The position numbers were made by a program, and so were the translations under genes. From assembly GCF_030144855.1 (NCBI RefSeq), contig NC_082719.1, positions 54,932,001-54,996,000 on the forward strand: DNA of 64,000 nucleotides. Reading direction: 5' to 3'. Source of the DNA: Hypanus sabinus. Lineage: Eukaryota. The notes beneath the pieces are model-generated. The model ran no database searches and was not told where the DNA came from. It saw only the letters and a list, made by a program, of their open reading frames with translations. Below are positions 1 to 13,400 of the stretch, in pieces. How positions within the stretch are numbered: position 1 is the first letter of the stretch; each line of letters opens with the position of its first letter.

Positions 1-1246
1 GGATAGGCATGAGGGAAAAAATTAACAGGGCTGAGAATAAAACAAGCAAATGGCACTATTCTACAAGAGCCAGGACAGACTTGATAATCTAGATGGATGC
101 CTTCAGAGCAGCTAGAACTCTGTGACAACATGAATTATATTTGCATAGGCAATGCTCCAACTTGAACACTCCACAAGTTTTGTGGAAAAATTTGCAACGG
201 AGTTGATGTCTTCTCAGTGGATTTTTCAATTCAGACTGCACCTATACCAGTGAATTGCAGAAATCCAAACCTTGTTGGGGCTACTGCTTGATGATTTGCC
301 ACATTGAAGCCAAGCAAACGAATTGTATTGGCTGCATTAAATTTGAGGTTCTGTTTCATCTATACATACCTGTGCAATAACTGGCTGCCTTGGATGTCAA
401 ATGTTTTCTGTGTACTGTATGTCCATATTTCAGAAGCAACAAGAGTTATATTTACTATTCATCTATTTAACGGCACAAGGTCATGTGACCACGAGGCAAT
501 TACTGGCAATCACACGAGACTCACATGAACACTGCAACAGAGGCCTCTTCTCAACAAGGAAGAGACCATTAGTTGCGGTGTCTCCCTGAATCCAAGCGAT
601 CCTTTATGCTCTAATTTTTCAGCAACCATAAACACATGAATATAATAATGAGGTGCAAAATCATACCAAACATTATTTTCAGTACTACACCTCAAGGCCA
701 TGTTAAGTGTGCTAGACAAGAAACAGCAGCTGAGCAATTAGTCATTGGCCTCATCAACCCCCCCCCCCAGCAGAAACTTCAATTGTGTCAGAATACTGTA
801 TTTCCCACCTTATGCACACCTCACTACAGAAATGGAACATCAGTACTGTTTGAGCTCAAGTTTGTGAAATGGAAGCTGCACTGAAAATACTATCACACAA
901 GGCAAGCTCAGTCCTGAAAAACAGTCTCAGCCTGAACCGTCATGCTGCCTGGCCTGCTGAGTTTCTCCGGCATTTTGTATATGCAGATCTGGATTTCCAT
1001 CAGTTACAAAATCTTGTCTTTACATGAGGCAAGTGCTACTTGCAAACAAACGTGATACTTAAGTAATGTATTTACCAGGAAATGAAGTTTGGACCTGGAT
1101 CTTATCTCAATTATTCATCCATAATCATTTGTGTTGTAAACATTTACTAAAAGACAATAGTTCAAAATACAATTAATATTAAATAAATTTATTTATAAAT
1201 TTCATTTATTGTTTTTTCAACAGATGTAATTAGACCAATGCCATAC

Positions 1247-1453
1247 CTTCATTTTTAATTGTTTTGCATTGATCAATTCTCCGTTGTGAGCTAAAGCAAT
1301 CTTTCCATGAAGTGTTTCCACCACGAATGGCTGACAGTTCTGTAACTCGGAAATACCCGATGTAGAATATCGCGTATGTCCTATACCCAGATTTCCACTG
1401 CGAAGCTTTTTTATCTGTTCTTCATTAAAGTTATTGCTTACGAGACCCATTCC
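1247..1453 (-). CDS. PPAT: PPAT coding exon 3 (207 nt)
   Basis: [33 protein letters not shown]...[14 protein letters not shown]; TAG acceptor, GTATG donor. Confidence 0.96.
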
Positions 1454-4400
1454 CTATTCAAAAAAAAAACACTTTTTAGAACTGCTCTTGATTTTCATAA
1501 TGTTGAGTTAAAAACTATCACAGTTTCAAAGGGGAACAAAAAAATCCTCTTAATTAATGATACAATGTTTCTCTGAATGTATTTTGCAAATTAAACATAA
1601 GCAACTGCATTCAATTCATATTTATCACAAAGTTGTGTTTCTAATCTGCGAAGCACCACTCCAAAATACTGTCAATAGCTACGGATTTGAATAATACTTC
1701 AAATAATTAAAAGAACAGTAATAAAATTTATTGTTACAATTTACTCTAACACATGCAATTGCATTTACCTGAGAGGGAATTTTTGGGTAAGCAACAAGGA
1801 GTAAGTTGAGAAAACCCATGATGAAAGCAAATAATAGATCATGGACATAGCAAGAATTTTTTTAAACCAGTGAACAAAGACCCAAATTCATCCTGGAGAT
1901 CTTTATCTTTTAGTTATGGCCTCCATGATGAAAGTATTTATTTAGACTCAATGTTAATCACAGTTGCACAACTTACAGATGTAATGGTTTGAACTCTGCA
2001 GATTTGCTTTAGATGGCATAGTAAATTCCTACAAAATTACAATTTAGTTAATTTTGATATGTGTACTATAATTTAGATATCCAAAGTGAATGGGCAAGGA
2101 ACATAATGTGGAAAAATATGAAGTAATCCACCTTGGTAGGAAGAAAAAGACAAAATAAATTATGAGAGACTTAAAGACATTGGTATCAGAGGGACCAAGG
2201 CATGCTACACAAATCACTGAAGGTTAACGCACAGGTTCAGAAACTAATGAGAAAAGCTAACAGCATGATGGTCTGGCTAGTGAGGGGATTTCAGTACAAG
2301 AGAAGTGAGGGCTTGCTCTAATAACTTTGAGCCCTGGTGAAACAAAACCGCAATGCATGTAAACTAGAATTAGAATATTCTATTTAGGTGTGATCTTCCC
2401 ATTTGAGTAACAGTACATTTGCAAAGGAGGGACTACAGGGTGAATTCTCCAAATTGTTTCCTAGGATGGCAGTTTTGAGACTAAGCAGACTATGTATATC
2501 ATGGGTTTAAAAAAAAGAGATAATCTCATTGAAATAAAAGTTGCACTAATGTCATATCAGTTGCAATCTTTAAATGAGGCAAGTTTCATTTGAAACCCTA
2601 TTAACTTAAAATGTTTCCTTTTGCTTCTAGGCATTGCTATTATAACTCTTGAACTTGCTACTGATTAAGAGTTGAAAAATAGAAAATGCTTGCCATAGAG
2701 ATAACTCAAGTCTTTCGAAGAACATTTTTCCTTAGGCCAACAACAAAATCTTTTGTTTCATTGCTGACTGAAAATTAGACTATAAGACATCGGAGCAGAA
2801 TTAAGTCATTCTGCCCAGGGTCTGCTCCGCCATTCAATCATGGTTGATTGACTATCCCTCAACCCCATTCTCCTGCCTTCTCCCCATAGCCTTCGAGGCC
2901 TTGTCTAATCAGGAACCTATTAATGGCCACTTTAAATAAACTCAAAGACTTGGCCTCCACAGATGTCAGTGGCAATGAATTCCACAGATTTGCCTAAAGA
3001 AACTCCTCCAATCTCGGTTCTAAGGGGACATACTTCTATTGAGGCTGTGCCCTCTGGTATCAGACTCCACCACCACAGGAAACATCCTCTCCACATCCAA
3101 TCTATCAAGGCCTTTCAATATTTGATAGGTTTCAATAAGCTCCCCCTCATTCTTCTAAACTCCAGTGAGTACAGGCCCATTTTTATAAACTTCAATCAAA
3201 TCTCCACAGCCTCCACCACTCTCGAGAGGACATAGAACAGTACAGCAACTTGGCCAATGACCTATATAAATCTACTCCACGATCAATACGTAGTCCATAA
3301 TCCTCAATTATTATGAAATAGGAAACTAATACAGCCTCAAAATGATGAACTCAAAGCATGTGTCAGGACATGGAACCATAATGTTTTGCCCATTACAGAG
3401 ATTTGGTTCAGACAGGGACAGAAATGGGTGCTTAATGTCTCAGGGTTTTGATGTTTTAGAATATATATAGCGAGGTAAAAAGGGGGTGAGGGGAAGTTGC
3501 ACTGTTAATCAGCGACAATATCACAGCTTGCCTCAGAGGGGACATAAGTCTATATAGATAGAACACAAAAATAAGAAGGGTGCAAGAACTCTGATGGGAT
3601 TGTGCTACAGAACCCCTCCCCCAGAAAAAAAATGAGCCACCGGAACATTGGACAGCAGCGTAAAAATATGGGAATTCTGGAGGGATTCAGTAGGCCAGGT
3701 AACATCTATGGAAAAGAGTAAACTGTCGACATTTTGGGCCAAGACTAGACATCAGGACTAGAAAATAAAAGATGAGGAGCCCAAAAATAAGGTGATCGGG
3801 GCCAGAGAACTTGAAATCATTGAAAAGATTAAGTCTCCAGTCCTACTGAAGGGTCTTGGCCCAAAATGTCAGCTGTACTCCATTCCGTAGATGCTGCCTG
3901 GCTTACTGAGTTCATCCAGCATTCTGTGCATTTGCTTGGATTTCCACCTTCTGCAAATTTTCTCTTACATGTGAAAATAGGGTAGTTGTCATGGGGGACT
4001 ACAACTTCCTTAATATAAACTGGGACTTCTTAGTGCAGGGGTCAGCAACCTTTACCACTGAAAGAGCCACTTGGACCCATTTCCCACAGAAAAGAAAACA
4101 CTGGGACCCACAAAACCCGTTTGACATTTAAAATGAAATAACACTGCATACAACGTTTTTTTTGCCTTTATGCTATGTATAAACAAACTATAATGTGTTG
4201 CATTTATGAAATTGATGAACTCCTGCAGAGAAAACGAAATTACATTTCTGCATGCAACAAAAACATTTTGAACTCCGAAAAAAAGACGTTGGGTTGAAGG
4301 TTACTTTTAAGTAAAATACTCAATGTCTATTTGAGTTCTTCTTGCATTTATGAAAAACGCTGAACTTAAATTTTCCACCAGCAGCAAACCAAAAATAACG

Positions 4401-7400
4401 TCAGCCAGCACTCAACCTGAAAAATAAAAGGACTATTTCACTGAACAATGAAAAAAGATGAATATGCCTAAAATAATAGGCAATTAAAATATGTATCATA
4501 CTTGGTTAATGGGATTTCTGCTCCTGGACCTCAGCGCACAGCATCTGCACATCAGGGCTGTATGACGTCACCTTCATCTTTACACAGGATCGCAAGCTGT
4601 CATCTGTGAGGCGTGCACGATGTTTGTTTTTAATAAAGTTCATGTTGGAGAACACCTGCTCACATACATATGTGGATCCAAAGATCGACAGGACTCCAAG
4701 CGCATACTTTTTAATGTTTACATAAATGTCGGGGATAGCATTCCATGTTTCGAACACAAGATTGTCCGGTCTTAGGAGGTTTTCAATATCACTCCATTTG
4801 TGATTCTGAGCAAGAACGGCCTTCTGACGGGCAACATCTTCAAGGTCTGCTGTCCGGAAAACCAACGACATACGCTAGTTATATTGCTGCTCAGGAACTG
4901 GTCAGGCACGGGAAGCAGTTTACAGATGGTGAATATATAAAAGAATCTTTCATTAAGATTTCAGAACATCTATTCACAGACTTTAAAAACAAGAGTGAAA
5001 TTGTGCAGAAAATCAGGGATATGCCCCTCTCTGCAAAGACTGTCAAAGACAGAACCATAAAAATGGCAGAAGACATCACAAGACAGCAAATTAAAGACAC
5101 CAATTCAGCTGTGGCCTACTCGATTGCCTGTGACGAGTCTAAAGACGTGATATTGAACAAATAGCGTTGTTCTGCCGGTATGTAAACTCTGCTGGGTCAC
5201 AGGAAGAACTGATTCATCCATTGCTTGAAATGATTTTTGCTCAGATCAACCTTCCGCATCAGTTCCGAAACGGCTTTTTTTCTCTCATCTCCATCCGGAT
5301 ATTTTTGAGCAAAGGCTGCATGTTTATTCTAGAAATGCCTTGCAACATTTGACTTTTTGTTGTTTGCTAGTTTCTCATTGCATATTAAGCATACCGGTAA
5401 ACCAGTCTCGTCAACAGTGAAAGCAAATGAATCTGTCCACGTATCATTAAACGTTCTGCTTTCTTCAGTCACTTTTCTTTTTTTAGAATTCTCCATAGTT
5501 GGCCTACCTTGGATCGAAAAATTAAAGAAATCGCGCACTGACGGGTGTCAGGTATTGGCAGTGGTGACGTATATTAATAGCGATAAAAACTCGTTGTAGC
5601 GGTGTGCTCACGCAGTCAGTAAACTGCAGTCGAATAACTTTATTCGAACTAAACAGCCTTGCTTTTAAGCCTCCCTCAACCTGGCCCCCATGGGCGCGGA
5701 TGCTGCAAAAGACCAATTATTTCCCAAAGCAACAGGGAGCCGCAGCACAGATGTAAAAGATCCCCGTCTTAGTGAAAAACCTTTAAATTGGGCAGAACTT
5801 GTTAGGTGCATCAGGAGGCTTTCTTTAATAAATACCTACATAGTCCAACAAGAGAAGCTGCATCTGACCTGGTGTTGGGCAATGAGCCTGGCCAGGTGAC
5901 CGACCTTCTACTGGGTGAGCAGTTAGGCAACAGTGAATACAATTGCTCAACTTTTAAGACCACTATATATAAGCTATGTACGCCCGAAACTCAGACAATT
6001 TCTACACGTTAACTTCTACAATTTTCATTCCTCAATGCCCCAAAGAAAAATGAAATTAGTTTTTATATTGAGTAAACAAATAAAATTTACTAAATTAACT
6101 ACTTTATATTGTAAAGATCAATATGATGTAACATCTAAGACATACCTTGTGTGTCATATATGATGGTGAGGAGCTCCCATTACTTGTCACAATTCCAGCA
6201 CTTTCCTGACCTCTGTAAAATATTTTTGAAAGTTTCAACAATAATTATAATAAGTACATGGTTTAGAAATGAGATCAAGTGTTTTTACACTGAAAGCAAT
6301 TACCCTCTATCACTCCATAACTTTAGAGTTTTAAGTAGAAATTCAAGCCACTAATAAAAAATATAATGTACAATTAACACACAGGAGTTACTTCTTTTCC
6401 AAGAGGATCTTCTATCAAAAAACTCTCCAATGTAAACAAATATTCCGAATATCTCATGCATGCAGTACTGCTTCTGTACCTGTTTGTTATATCTGGCAAA
6501 ATACCACACAATAGCCAATTTTATCATTTCTCAACAATCTCTTAGTTTGCAGTATTACAAACCTGAGATTGGCAATACAGTGTAATACCCAAAAGCTCAT
6601 AGATAGATTACTTATTATTTTTTATCTGCTATAGGAAGTTTGATTTCTCTTGCTAGACAATAGTATTCCTCGCTACTGCCTTGAAAATAAGACACCGGTG
6701 TATCTTGCATTGCATTTGGTTTATACAACTGAGATTAAATTCAGGCTAATAAATTAAAAGCAACAGTACTGCAGCTGTTTTTTCTGACATTGGAAATCTG
6801 AAATAATAATCAATGCAGTTTACTCAATAAAAAGACAACAAAATTAATTATTACATCTGGAGAAAATTTACTCAGGTAAGAGGGATAACAGAGAAGACAT
6901 TTCAGAAGGAAATCAATTATTTTACAACTTTATTTTAATAGGAATAGATTAAACTATTAACACACAAAAATGTGCTCTTTGTAAGTAACACAATGAACTT
7001 TGTAGTGCAAATAAATCACACAGTTCTTGATAAATGGGTTTAATCTAGCAAAGAGCAAACAACATTGTTACACAGTTGGTTTTTCACTGGATAACCATCA
7101 GGCTATCAGGTCTTAGTGTCAGTAACCCCTTTCTCTGTATAACCCTAATATATTTAACTAACTTCGAACATCCTAGTTCAACAAGGAGATAGAGAACTAT
7201 TCCAAGTAAATATACACTTAAATTTCATATTAATATGCTTAACATTTGTTCTCAATCATTTTTTACACAAAGCTTTACACTAATGCTTCAATTTCAACAT
7301 GATGAACAAACACCACAGTGAACTTGCCTTTACAGGTATTCTGCAAAATTAATGAGGTAGATATGAGGTATGTTCAAATCAGAATGTGCACCAAAATAGT

Positions 7401-10400
7401 TTCCCATATATAAGCAACCTTAGCTGAAACATACAGATACGTATTATGAATATTAAGCATGGTTAATGCAGTCTAATCAGGGCTTCGATTTGTTATTTTG
7501 AGACAAAGTCCGGCATTCCATTCACCATTTGAAAGTTTTCTTGGCCTGTCCCCATATTATAAAAATTAATATCTGCGAACATTGATTCTCATCACATTTC
7601 CAGTAAGTCCTCTAATATTTCAGACTTCATTCCATAACTCCTGCTCACACATCACTGGCTTTTACAATTCTCATTCAGACAGCACCACCACTTTAATCAT
7701 TTACTCTCTCTGCATCACTATCCATCATTCATTCTTTCCAACACCAATGCCCGTTATCTCTGAAAATGAAATTTCAGAATCAGAATTATGGAGCAGCAGT
7801 ACACTGCAAAAACTGAAATTATTACTTGCAAAATGAACACTGTTTAAGGTATGTGTATCTGCAATACACATACCAGCAAGGACAAGCATTGGTTACATTA
7901 ATCAAAAACACTGTCTGAAGTTTCTTCTAATTTGGATCTGATTAGTTAGTAGAAAATGTGGTCAATTTGATAATAGTTAATACATGAAAATTTGACTGCT
8001 CCCTGCTGAAATCAGAAGCCATTTCCCACTTCTATCTCACATTCCACTGCAAGAATTTGCAAACTTTCCAATCCAGACTCTGATCTTTGGCTTCCTCTTC
8101 ATTTGTTCTTTTGTACAATTGCTCTGGAATTGACAGCAGCTTTTCTGTATTAAGACTTATTCTGCCTAAATTCTACCATTCTTATAAAAGTGAAAATAGA
8201 AGTTCCAAGAAGGACCCAAAATTGCCTTTAGAGTTTGCAAAGATACTGAATGTTGCTAAGAGCAAAACTTAAATTGAATGCTGAAGATCTACAATACCAG
8301 TCACTGAACAGACACAAACCTGTCCATATTAACTGGTCTCCTTGGCTTCAGTTCTGTTCAGATAACAATGTTTGTCATAGAGCAACAAATATCACAACTT
8401 ATTTCTTATTATCAAACAAAAACTGATGCATCTTTGTAGTGCATTTCTAAGGCAAATTTCCAAATGTTTTTCAATAGAAAGAGGATTTGGAATGTCTGAA
8501 GGGAAGAAAAGGAGTGAACAGTTAGGGGTATGAAAGCACTTAGGAAGCAAACTGTAACGGAAAAATTTGTTTTGCAGAATTAATTGCCTAGAAAGAACAA
8601 GTCAGTCAGGAACAGTATTTGTGTAACCTTTGAATAGATTTTCAAATAGGAATGTGGAGGATACAAGAACGAAACTACCTGTGATGCAATCAAACATTGC
8701 TAAACAATGTTTAACTTATTAATTACACTGGCATTAGGAGCATTTCCAGTCCATCGGTACTATTGCAAGGTTAACTGAAACAAAAATAAAATGAATTGCA
8801 TTCAGTGTTTGATTTATTTTTTCTTATAATTTAGCATGTTACACCTGACTTTTAGTAGAAGCACTGCAAGGAATCTGTGCTGGGAGTTTTTCCTTGGCAT
8901 GAAAGATTCTAGTCCTTAAGCTCTTCCACAGCACCAAGAGTTTGATCCAAAGTAGTCCTCACCAGTACATCCTCCCAGTAAATATTTTATTTGAAATATG
9001 TACTCATAGTGAACATAACATCAAACTCGCTACACGGAACTGTGTGAAATGCACACACCAAATTAGAAACATGGAATTCAAGAGGAAAATTGTTTTGATA
9101 CTGGACAAGTCATCCACACATTAGTAGCAAGGTCAATATTTATTGCCAATTCCTATTGAAAAGCTGGTGGCAACCACTTTCTATAACTGTTGTAGTTTTC
9201 TGGTTAAAGTACTCCATAAAGCTGTTTGTTGGATAATTCCAAGACTTAGATCCAGCAATCACGAAGGAATTACGATTCACTTCTAAGTCAACATAACGTA
9301 CAACTTGTAGAGAATCGGAAAGCTGTGGTGTTTTTACGTACCTATGCCTTTGCCCTTTGTGGCATTACAGAACACAGATTTGGGATGGTTCTATTAAGTA
9401 AATAACTGAAATACACTTGGGTACCTCTTGTACCTGATCATTCTTTACAAGCTTTACCACGATGAAGCAGTGGAAAGGGTCTCCAGCATCAACTTCTTGG
9501 GAGTGGACATCACAGCAGAGCTTCCTTGATAGCAGGGAAGGCTCAGCAGCACCTATATTATCTTAGGAGTTTAAAGAAAGCAAATCATCCCCAAAAGCCA
9601 CTGATAAACTTTTACCGATGTGTAATTGAGAGCATGCTGACCTACTGCATGGCAGTATGGTACACTAGCTGCAGTAAGATCAACCAAAAAGCATAACAAG
9701 TTATCAGGACTACACAGAACATTAATGGGATACAATTACCAGATATAGACACCAGCAGCATGCCTGATGTTGCAGCATGTGAAGGAAGAGAAGTGGGTAG
9801 AGTTACTATTACAAGGGAGGTGCTCAAAAATCTGAAAGACCTAAAGGTTAGTAAGTCATCTGGACCAGATGAACTGCACCCTAGGGTTCTGAAAGAGATA
9901 GCGTTAAAGATTGTGGTGGCATTAGAAATGATCTTTCAAAAACTCATTGGACTCTGGCATGGTGCCAGAGGACTGGAAAACTGCAAGTGTCACTCCATTC
10001 TTTAAGAAAGGAGGAAGGCAGCAGAAAGGAAATTATAGACCAGTTAGCCTGACCTCAGTAGTTGGGAAGATGTTGGAATCAATTGTTAAGGATGAAGTGA
10101 TGGAGTACTTGGTGACAAAGGACAAAATGGGCCGTCAGCATGGTTTTCTTCAGGGAAAATCTTGCCTGATGAACCTGTTGGAATTCTTTGAGGAGGTTAC
10201 AAGTAGGATAGATAAAGGGGATACAGTAGATGTTGTATATTTGGATTTTAAGAAGACCTTTGACAAGGTACCACACAAGAAGCTGCTTACCAAGTTATGA
10301 GCCCATGGTATTACAAAAAAAAGTTACTGGCATGGTTAGAGCACTGGCTGATTGATAGAAGGCAGCAAGTGGGAATAAAAGGATCCTCTTCTTGTTGGCT

Positions 10401-13400
10401 GCCAGCGACTAGCAGTGTTCCACAATGGTCAGTGTTGGGACCACTTTTTATGCCGTATATAAATGATTTAGATAATGGAATAGATGGCATTGTTGTCAAG
10501 TTTGCAACTGATACGAAGATTGGTGGAGGGGCAGGTAGCGTTGAGGAGACAGGTAGGATGCAGGAGGACATTGGGCAAGGAAGTGGCAAATGAAATACAT
10601 TAGAAATTGCACGGTCATGTGCTTTGGCAGTAGAAATAAATGTGCCGTCTATTTTCTAAACAGGAAGAAAATCCAGGAATCTGAGATGCAGTGGGACTTG
10701 GGGAGTCCTCGTGCAGAACAACCTGAAGGTTAACTTGCAGGTTGAGTCAGTGGTGAGGAAAGCAAATGCCATTTAGCACTTATCTGAAGAAGTCCAGAAT
10801 ACAAGAACAAGAATGCGATGTTGAGGCTTCACCTTGAGTATTGTGAACAGTTTTGGGCCCCTCAGATGTTGCTGGCATTGGAGAGGGTCCAGAGGAGGTT
10901 CACAAGGATGATTCCAAGAATGAAAGGGTTATCATACGAGGAATGTTTGATGGCTCTGGGCCTGTATTTGCTGGAATTCAGAAAGATTGGGGGGGGGGGG
11001 GGGAGAATCTCACTGAAACCTTTCGAATGTTCAATGGCCTAGAGAGAGTAGATGTGGAAAGGATGCTTCCCATGGTGGGGGAGTTCAGGACAAGAGGGTA
11101 CAGCCTCAGGATAAAGTGGCGCCCTTTCAAAACAGATGTGGAGAAATTTCTTTAGCCAAAAGGTGGTGAATTTGTGGAATATGTTGCCAGATGCAGCTGT
11201 GGAGGCCAGGTCACTGGGTGTATCTAAGGCAGAGATTGACAGGTTCTTGATTGGATATGGCATCAAAGGTTACCGGGAGAAGGCTGGGAACTGGGGTTGA
11301 GGAGGAGATTAACAAAAAGGATCAGCCAAGATTGAATGGCAGAGCAGACTTGATGGGTTTAATTCTGCTTCAATGTCTTATGGTCTTATATGGAAACCAT
11401 CTACAACTCACAATGTCTACAGCAGGCTCGGAAAAATCGTAATCTCATCTGACCCCAGCAATAACCTGTTCAATCTCCTAACATCTGGCAGGAGGTACAG
11501 GGATATCTCTGCATGAACATTCAGACTGAAAAGCAGCTTTCACTCCCCCCCCCCCCCACGGCTACCGTGCAACTGAGCAATGCCCCTCCATCCACCCATA
11601 GTTCACAGGCACTATGGGCAACCTCTACGTACAATACGTGGGCATAATTTTACTTATTGCGATACAGTGCAGAGTAGAACCTTCTAGCTTTCCAAGCCAC
11701 ACAGCCCAGCAACTGCCAATTTATTCCTAGCCTAATTATGGGACAATTAACAAAGACCAACTTACTTACAAACGGGCACATCTTTGGACTGTGGGAGGAC
11801 ACCAGAGCACCCAGAGGAAACCCAAACAGTTACGGAGAAAACATACAAACTCTTTACAGGCAGCAGCAGTAATTGAACAACTAGATCAACTGGTACAAGG
11901 ATTGCAGGTACTGTAAAGCAATTTACTAACCACACTAAGCTCTCATGTGTCCCCTTGATTCTATTTAACTTTTAATCATTATATTTTATAACATGGGCAT
12001 GTGCAACACTTGAATGGTGTAGCCACTGTTTCTTTTAATTTTAGAGCTGTTTGTTTCTAATTCAGTTGTAACTCAGATATCACTCTAAATAACTAACATT
12101 ATTTTAAATTTAGTTAATGTGCTTTTATGCTGCTTTGCATTGAATGAAGTAGCATTGCAATATCTTTGTCCTCAGCAATGTCAATAAAGCTCTGTTACAT
12201 GGTCACTGAGTGTACGTTTGTGGTCTTCTATTGCTGTAGCCAAATCCTCTTCTAGGTTCGACATGTGTGTACAGAGATGCTCTTCTACACATCACTGTTG
12301 CAATGCATGGTTACTTGAGTTACTGTCACCTTCCTGTCAGTTTGAACTAGTCTGGCCTTGACCTCTGACCTCTCTCATTAACTGTCTTTCTCACCCACAG
12401 AACTGCTGCTCACTGGATGTTTTTTTGCATAACTCTCTGTAAATTCTAGAGACTGTTGTGATGAAAATCCCAGATCAGCAGTTTCTGAGATACTCAAATC
12501 ACCTCATCTCTGACACTATCACTCCATGGTCAAAGTCACTTGGGTCACACTTCTTCCCTATTCAAATATTTGGTCTGAATGACGAGTGAAGCTCTTGACC
12601 ATGTCTGCATGTGTTTATGCATTGAATTGCTGCCACTTGTTTGGCTGATTAGATATTTGTATTAATGATGTGTACAAGTGTCCCTAATAAAGTGGCTACC
12701 GTAGAAGTTAATGTATCACTGATGGAAATTGAACATTTAAGATGGTGCTGGAATGACCATCAACCAGGCTTTGTTATTCTGGATGGGAGTGAGCTTCCTC
12801 ATGTTGCAGAAACGGTACTCAACCAGTCAAGTGAAGGAAATCCTACTATGTTCTTGATTTCCGGCTTTTAAATGCTGGATAGGTTCTGAGTAACCAGAAG
12901 GCAAGTAATTTGTGATTATTTTAGCCTGAGTATTTATGCAGCTGATCTAGTTGAGCTTTGAGAGAAAGATACAATCAAGACAATTCACAGTGAACGATTT
13001 AGTAGTAAATGCTGTTAAAGCAGAGTAAATCACTTCACTTGCCGCATTGCTTAACTGTTCCCACAACCTACAGACTAACTTTCAAGGGCTCTTCATCTCA
13101 TGTTCTCAATAATTATTGCTATTTATTTATTTATTATTCTTTTGCTTTGAATTTGCATAATTTGTCTTCTTTTACATCCTTGCTGTCTACCCTGTTGGTG
13201 TGGTGTTTCGTTGATTATATTACAGTTATTAGGCTTATTGAGTATGCCCACAAGAAAATGTATCACAGGGTTGTATATGGTGACATATCTGTTCTTTGAC
13301 AATAAACTCACTCTGAACTTTGAAGGTAGGTGATCATGCTTTTTTGGAGATGGTCACTGTCTACCACTTCTGAGGGATGCATGTTACTTACTACTTGGCC

